This document shows positions 29,001 through 32,000 of a DNA stretch of 32,000 nucleotides, in pieces. Both the position numbers and the translations under genes were made by a program. Location of the stretch: the NCBI RefSeq assembly GCF_000014785.1, contig NC_008340.1, positions 1,650,001-1,682,000 of the forward strand. The letters run 5' to 3'. Source of the stretch: Alkalilimnicola ehrlichii MLHE-1 (GTDB lineage Bacteria > Pseudomonadota > Gammaproteobacteria > Nitrococcales > Halorhodospiraceae). How positions within the stretch are numbered: the first letter of the stretch is position 1; every line of letters starts with the position of its first letter. Below the pieces are notes generated by a model, which was not told where the DNA came from, made no database searches, and worked only from the letters and a program-made list of their open reading frames with translations.

Positions 29001-29317
29001 GTGCAGTTGATGGTGGAGGTGGCGGGCTTGTGCGCCCAGGCACCGGCGTTGGAGGTAATGCGCCCGGCGGGAATGGCGCCGCGGCGCAGGGCCCAGAGGA
29101 AGCGCTCGTACCAGTGCTCACGCAGCTTCTTGGTCTTTTCCACCTCGGCCAGGGCACGCGCCACGCGCTGCCAGGTGTGATCGACGGTCTCGTCGATCAC
29201 CTGGCCGTCCTTGGACTTGAGGCGGTATTTCTTATCCCAGATGTCCGCGGACGCGCTCTGTAACGGAATGTCGGCCGTGGCATTCGGCAGGGCGCGCACC
29301 TTGGCTGCTGTGGTCAT
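26030..29317 (-). CDS. nrdJa: Class II ribonucleotide reductase large subunit NrdJa, interrupted in frame by an intein (precursor 1095 aa; predicted spliced extein 718 aa)
   Basis: RNR motifs are present (TINCTVSG, GCGIGYEFSTLRPRG, SSAGGRRGA). After removing residues 326-702, the active-site loop reads ATNP|CGEQPLPPYGACLLGSVNL. Confidence 0.95.
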   Translation of the reverse strand: MTTAAKVRALPNATADIPLQSASADIWDKKYRLKSKDGQVIDETVDHTWQRVARALAEVEKTKKLREHWYERFLWALRRGAIPAGRITSNAGAWAHKPATSTINCTVSGTIQDSMDDILQKVHEAGLTLKAGCGIGYEFSTLRPRGAYVSGAGAYTSGSLSFMDIYDRMCFTVSSAGGRRGAQMATFDVGHPDVLDFIRAKREDGRLRQFNLSLLITEEFMQAVEDDAQWPLAFPLTKHEAETDNIDLTDSEQVIWREWPTTEPYISDEQGLVACRIYRTVKARRLWDMIMTSTYDFAEPGFILIDRVNEMNNNWFCEDIRATNPCVTADTWVQTADGPRRVAALVGRRFSARVDGTDHPSGDEGFFRTATKEVVELRTAEGYRLKLTADHRVRRVSAFTRYRTETEWCEAGQLQAGDRVLLNDHRTNAEWAGRHGRNEGYLMGLLLGDGTLKSDKAVLSVWRTAAAANGVPAGLPGGVEEVMAEGLEAARSLPHRADFTGWCEVPGRGEYRLATSAIRDLALELGIRPGSKRITDGVEQGSSDFYKGFLRGLYDADGSVQGSQRKGVSVRLAQSDSDNLEAAQRMLLRLGIASTLYRDRRPAGNTVLPDGNGGSAEYATRAQHELVISGENLARFRDLIGFANSDKQARLEALLDRYQRTLNRERFVARVVAVEAAGTEEVYDVQVPGINTFDANGLHAHNCGEQPLPPYGACLLGSVNLTKFVRDPFTEKARFDWQEYAEVVSVFTRMLDNVVEINGLPLDEQRREIERKRRHGMGFLGLGSTLTMLRMKYGEAESLAFTEKVSREMALAGWRTGVELAEEKGPAPIMDETYTVDEAMLAKRPEMAVDGYKVGDKVKGRVLLARYSHYMQRVAEVDAELVEAIAEKGARFSHHTSIAPTGTISLSLANNASNGIEPSFAHHYFRNVIREGRKSKEKVDVFSFELLAYRHFIDPEAVPSTDPETRNLPDYFITADSVTPKQHVDIQAAAQKWVDSSISKTANVPTDYPYEDFKDIYRYAYQQGLKGCTTFRFNPEAFQGVLVTEKDLTNTFYKFKLADGTEVELRGDEEVEYDGETHTAANLYDALKEGYYGKF
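27212..28342 (-). mobile_element. Intein (377 aa) with a LAGLIDADG homing-endonuclease domain, inserted before the catalytic Cys of NrdJa
   Basis: The N-terminal splicing block is C-VTADTWV (Cys1 = TGC at 28342-28340). Block B is LKLTADH. The LAGLIDADG motifs are YLMGLLLGDGTL (27962-27997) and FLRGLYDADGSV (27638-27673). The C-terminal blocks are EEVYDVQVPGINTFDANG and LHAHN (Asn at 27214-27212), followed by the +1 Cys (27211-27209). I checked both junction codons directly on the sequence. Confidence 0.9.
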
Positions 29318-29475
29318 GTACCGAGTCCTCCTGCTTGGTCTCTTTACCTTATATTCGACAGTCGGGCGCGCGAGGGTACGCCATCACCTCGCCCGGACGC
29401 CCCGGACCTGCCAGGTCGGGATGGCCGCCTGTCGAAAACGAATCTGTAGTGCCGTCAACGGGTTGCCCCAGTTAT

Positions 29476-29522
29476 CCACAACATCTCCACCGCTAATCCA
29501 CCGCAGACACCAGATGTTGTGG
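29476..29522 (-). promoter_or_regulatory. Candidate tandem NrdR boxes upstream of nrdJa
   Basis: Box 2 on the minus strand is CCACAACATCTGGTGT (29522-29507) and matches 12/16 positions of the NrdR consensus acaCwAtATaTwgtgt, as I recall it. Box 1 (29476-29491, CCACAACATCTCCACC) keeps only one half-site. The centre-to-centre distance is 31 bp, about 3 helical turns. The two share a perfect 11-bp inverted repeat, CCACAACATCT / AGATGTTGTGG. Confidence 0.4.
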
Positions 29523-29534
29523 TTGATGGGGAGC

Positions 29535-29563
29535 ATCGTAGACTACTGGTTGGGGTGTCGCAA
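29535..29563 (-). promoter_or_regulatory. Candidate sigma70 promoter for nrdJab (TTGCGA - 17 nt - TACGAT on the minus strand)
   Basis: The reverse complement of 29558-29563 is TTGCGA and of 29535-29540 is TACGAT. This would place the NrdR-like boxes just downstream of the transcription start. The match is weak (4/6 and 4/6). Confidence 0.25.
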
Positions 29564-29686
29564 GGCTTGACGGGCCAACCGACCTGTGCCCCGCAGGTCG
29601 CCCAACCGCAACATGTAGGGGCGGCACAGCGCGCCATCGCCGCCCGCCCGGGCCGTTTCGCCGCGCCGGGACCGGGGCGCGGTCGG

Positions 29687-29715
29687 CTGGCAACGACCGA
29701 TCGCTCAGGTATCAT
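29687..29715 (+). promoter_or_regulatory. Candidate sigma70 promoter for tex (CTGGCA - 17 nt - TATCAT)
   Basis: The hexamers lie at 29687-29692 and 29710-29715, about 47 nt upstream of the tex ATG. Confidence 0.3.
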
Positions 29716-29761
29716 GCCGGGCCTGAATCAGGCTCAGCGCAAGAGGGAACCGCAAGCACCC

Positions 29762-32000
29762 ATGACCGATATCCCCCATCAGATTGCCGAAGAACTCGGC
29801 GTCCAGCCGCGCCAGGTGGAGGCCAGTGTGGCGCTCCTGGATGGCGGCGCCACGGTCCCGTTCATCGCCCGCTACCGCAAGGAGGCCACCGGCGGCCTGG
29901 ACGACAGCCAGTTGCGCCGCCTGGAGGAGCGGTTGACCTACCTGCGCGAGCTGGCGAGCCGGCGGGAGACCGTCCTCAAGACCATCCGGGACCAGGGCAA
30001 GCTTACCCCGCAACTGGAGACGGACATCCGCGCCGCCGACAGCAAGACCCGGCTGGAGGACCTCTACCGCCCCTATCAGCCCAAGCGTCGCACCAAGGCC
30101 CAGATCGCCCGGGAGCTCGGCCTGGAGCCGCTGGCCGACAGCCTGCTGGAGGACCCCTCGCAGGCGCCGGAGGCGCTGGCCGCGGACTATCTGGTGCCCG
30201 CGGGCCCGGACGGCAAAGGCGGCGTCCCCGATGCCCAGGCGGCACTGGACGGCGCCCGTCAGATCCTGATGGAGCGCTTCGCCGAGGATGCCGAGCTGGT
30301 CGGCCGGCTGCGCGAGTGGGCCTGGGGCAACGCCCGGCTGCGCAGCCGGGTTATCGAGGGCAAGGAGCGGGAGGGCGCCAAGTTCCGTGACTACTTCGAG
30401 CACGAGGAGCCGCTGGCCCGCATCCCCTCCCACCGTGCGCTGGCCCTGTTCCGCGGCCAGAGCGAGGATATCCTGCAATTGAGCCTGATCTGGGAAGGGG
30501 AGGACGGCGAGAGCCCCACCGCGGAGGGCATGATCGCGCGCCGCTTCGGTATCCGTCATGGGGACCGTCCCGCCGACGACTGGCTGGCCCGCACCGTGCG
30601 CATGAGCTGGCGCGTCAAGCTGTCGCTGCAGCTGGAACTGGCCCTGAAGCGCCGGCTGCGCGAGGCCGCCGAGGAGGAGGCCATCCGCGTCTTCGGGCGT
30701 AACCTCAACGACCTGCTGCTGGCCGCCCCGGCCGGTGCGGTCGCCACCATGGGGCTGGACCCGGGCATCCGCACCGGGGTCAAGGTGGCCGTGGTCGACG
30801 GCACCGGCAAGGTGGTAGACACCGCGACGGTGCACCCCTTCCCCCCGCGCAATGACCGCAACGGTGCCCTGGCCACCCTCGCCGGGCTGGCCAAGCGGCA
30901 CGCCGTCCGCCTGGTGGCCATTGGCAATGGCACCCATTCGCGCGAGACCGATGCCCTGGTGGCGGAACTGATGCAGGCCATGCCGGAACTCCCACTCACC
31001 CGGGTCACCGTCTCCGAGGCCGGGGCCTCGGTCTACTCGGCGTCTGAGTACGCCAGCCGTGAACTGCCGGAACTGGACGTGGCCCTGCGCGGGGCGGTCT
31101 CCATCGCCCGGCGCCTGCAGGACCCGCTGGCCGAGCTGGTGAAGATCGAGCCCAAGGCCATCGGCGTCGGCCAGTACCAGCACGATGTCAGCCAGGTGAA
31201 GCTGGCGCGCACCCTGGACAACGTGGTGGAGGACTGCGTGAACGCCGTGGGCGTGGACGTGAACACCGCCTCCGCCCCGCTGCTCGCCCGGGTCGCCGGC
31301 CTCACCCCCGCGCTGGCCGAGAACGTGGTCAGCCACCGCGACCGGCACGGGCCCTTTCCCGACCGGAAGACCCTGCTCGAGGTGCAGCGCCTGGGCCCCA
31401 AGGCCTACGAGCAGTGCGCCGGTTTCCTTCGGATCCGCGGTGGCCGCAATCCCCTGGATGCCAGCGCCGTCCACCCGGAGGCCTATCCGGTGGTCGAGCG
31501 GATCCTCAAGGACAGCGGCAAGTCCATTGACCAGCTCATCGGCGACAGCCCATTCCTGCAGCGGCTCGAACCGGCCCGCTACACCGATGACCAGTTCGGC
31601 GAGCCGACGGTGCGCGACATCCTCGCCGAGTTGGACAAACCCGGTCGTGACCCGCGCCCGGAGTTTCGCACCGCCCGCTTCCGCGAGGGGGTGAACACCC
31701 TGCAGGACCTGGCGCCGGGCATGGTGCTGGAGGGAACGGTCACCAACGTGACCAACTTCGGCGCCTTCGTCGATATCGGTGTCCACCAGGACGGTCTGGT
31801 GCACATCTCGGCGCTGGCCGAGCGCTTCGTGCGCGACCCGCACGAGGTGGTCAAGGCCGGCGACATCGTCAAGGTGAAGGTCATGGAGGTGGACCTCGAG
31901 CGCAAGCGCATCGGCCTGTCCATGCGCCTGGATGACGAACCCGGAGAGGGCCGGTCGCGCCGCGGCAGCAAGCCGGCCGATGGCGCCGCGGCCCGGCGGG
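29762..32000 (+). CDS. tex: Transcription accessory protein Tex (YhgF family, S1 RNA-binding domain); 3' end outside the window
   Basis: This is my own translation from the ATG at 29762. It gives [64 protein letters not shown], then ...[30 protein letters not shown], and the C-terminal S1 domain [65 protein letters not shown]. The ORF track omits it because no stop codon falls inside the window. Confidence 0.93.
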   Translation, partial: MTDIPHQIAEELGVQPRQVEASVALLDGGATVPFIARYRKEATGGLDDSQLRRLEERLTYLRELASRRETVLKTIRDQGKLTPQLETDIRAADSKTRLEDLYRPYQPKRRTKAQIARELGLEPLADSLLEDPSQAPEALAADYLVPAGPDGKGGVPDAQAALDGARQILMERFAEDAELVGRLREWAWGNARLRSRVIEGKEREGAKFRDYFEHEEPLARIPSHRALALFRGQSEDILQLSLIWEGEDGESPTAEGMIARRFGIRHGDRPADDWLARTVRMSWRVKLSLQLELALKRRLREAAEEEAIRVFGRNLNDLLLAAPAGAVATMGLDPGIRTGVKVAVVDGTGKVVDTATVHPFPPRNDRNGALATLAGLAKRHAVRLVAIGNGTHSRETDALVAELMQAMPELPLTRVTVSEAGASVYSASEYASRELPELDVALRGAVSIARRLQDPLAELVKIEPKAIGVGQYQHDVSQVKLARTLDNVVEDCVNAVGVDVNTASAPLLARVAGLTPALAENVVSHRDRHGPFPDRKTLLEVQRLGPKAYEQCAGFLRIRGGRNPLDASAVHPEAYPVVERILKDSGKSIDQLIGDSPFLQRLEPARYTDDQFGEPTVRDILAELDKPGRDPRPEFRTARFREGVNTLQDLAPGMVLEGTVTNVTNFGAFVDIGVHQDGLVHISALAERFVRDPHEVVKAGDIVKVKVMEVDLERKRIGLSMRLDDEPGEGRSRRGSKPADGAAARR

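Noticed and set aside
27200-29263. 687-aa ORF on the plus strand
   Set aside because: It is antisense to nrdJa and its intein and has no motifs.
29318-29560. Possible cobalamin (B12) riboswitch in the leader of the B12-dependent nrdJ
   Set aside because: I could not find the conserved B12-box core (GCCACUG) or the surrounding consensus on the transcribed strand. B12 riboswitches normally repress B12-independent isozymes or uptake and synthesis genes, not nrdJ.
29705-31843. 712-aa ORF on the minus strand
   Set aside because: It is antisense to an unmistakable tex gene on the plus strand. Its product is low-complexity (Gly/Ala/Leu/Arg/Gln-rich) with no recognisable motifs. It is a typical high-GC shadow ORF.
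1-32000. CRISPR arrays, tRNA/rRNA genes, IS elements and prophage genes
   Set aside because: I inspected every intergenic region. None holds regularly spaced repeats, cloverleaf-sized conserved RNA genes or terminal inverted repeats. The only repeats seen are a 2x10-bp tandem (16985-17004) and short hairpins.

Overview
By eye this is a high-GC (roughly 65-70%) stretch of core chromosome. It looks gammaproteobacterial because it shares E. coli-like synteny (clpS-clpA/infA and nudJ-mnmA-hflD) and carries AcnB and a MotY-like gene. An Ectothiorhodospiraceae-type sulfur oxidiser is only a guess. I call about 27 protein genes: DAHP synthase (5' end off-window), infA, clpA, clpS, a LysR regulator, nudJ, mnmA, hflD, acnB and acnA (head to head), a MotY-like OmpA protein, a hotdog thioesterase, mazG, a TetR regulator, a YfcG-like GST, a small TPR lipoprotein, ispG, a secreted DsrE-like protein, pyrD, an orphan ParA ATPase, an MltB-type lytic transglycosylase, an unknown membrane protein, a YajG-like lipoprotein, lemA, an RssA-type patatin, the split class II ribonucleotide reductase nrdJa/nrdJb, and tex (3' end off-window and absent from the ORF track). 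I found no rRNA, tRNA, CRISPR array, transposase, integrase or phage genes. The only mobile element is a 377-aa intein with a LAGLIDADG homing endonuclease. It sits in nrdJa immediately before the catalytic Cys of the N-P-C-G-E active-site motif, and it is the most notable feature here. Secondary points are candidate NrdR boxes and a structured leader in the 444-bp nrdJ/tex divergent region, a tightly packed nrdJab-rssA-lemA-yajG-like-membrane protein array, the acnB/acnA shared control region with a perfect palindrome, and a DsrE-like protein with a signal peptide. I do not see convincing evidence of a new multi-gene system such as a defence, toxin or secretion system, and the candidates below are modest. 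Many very long ORFs in the track (up to 885 aa) are antisense shadows of real genes, as expected at this GC content, and I rejected them.
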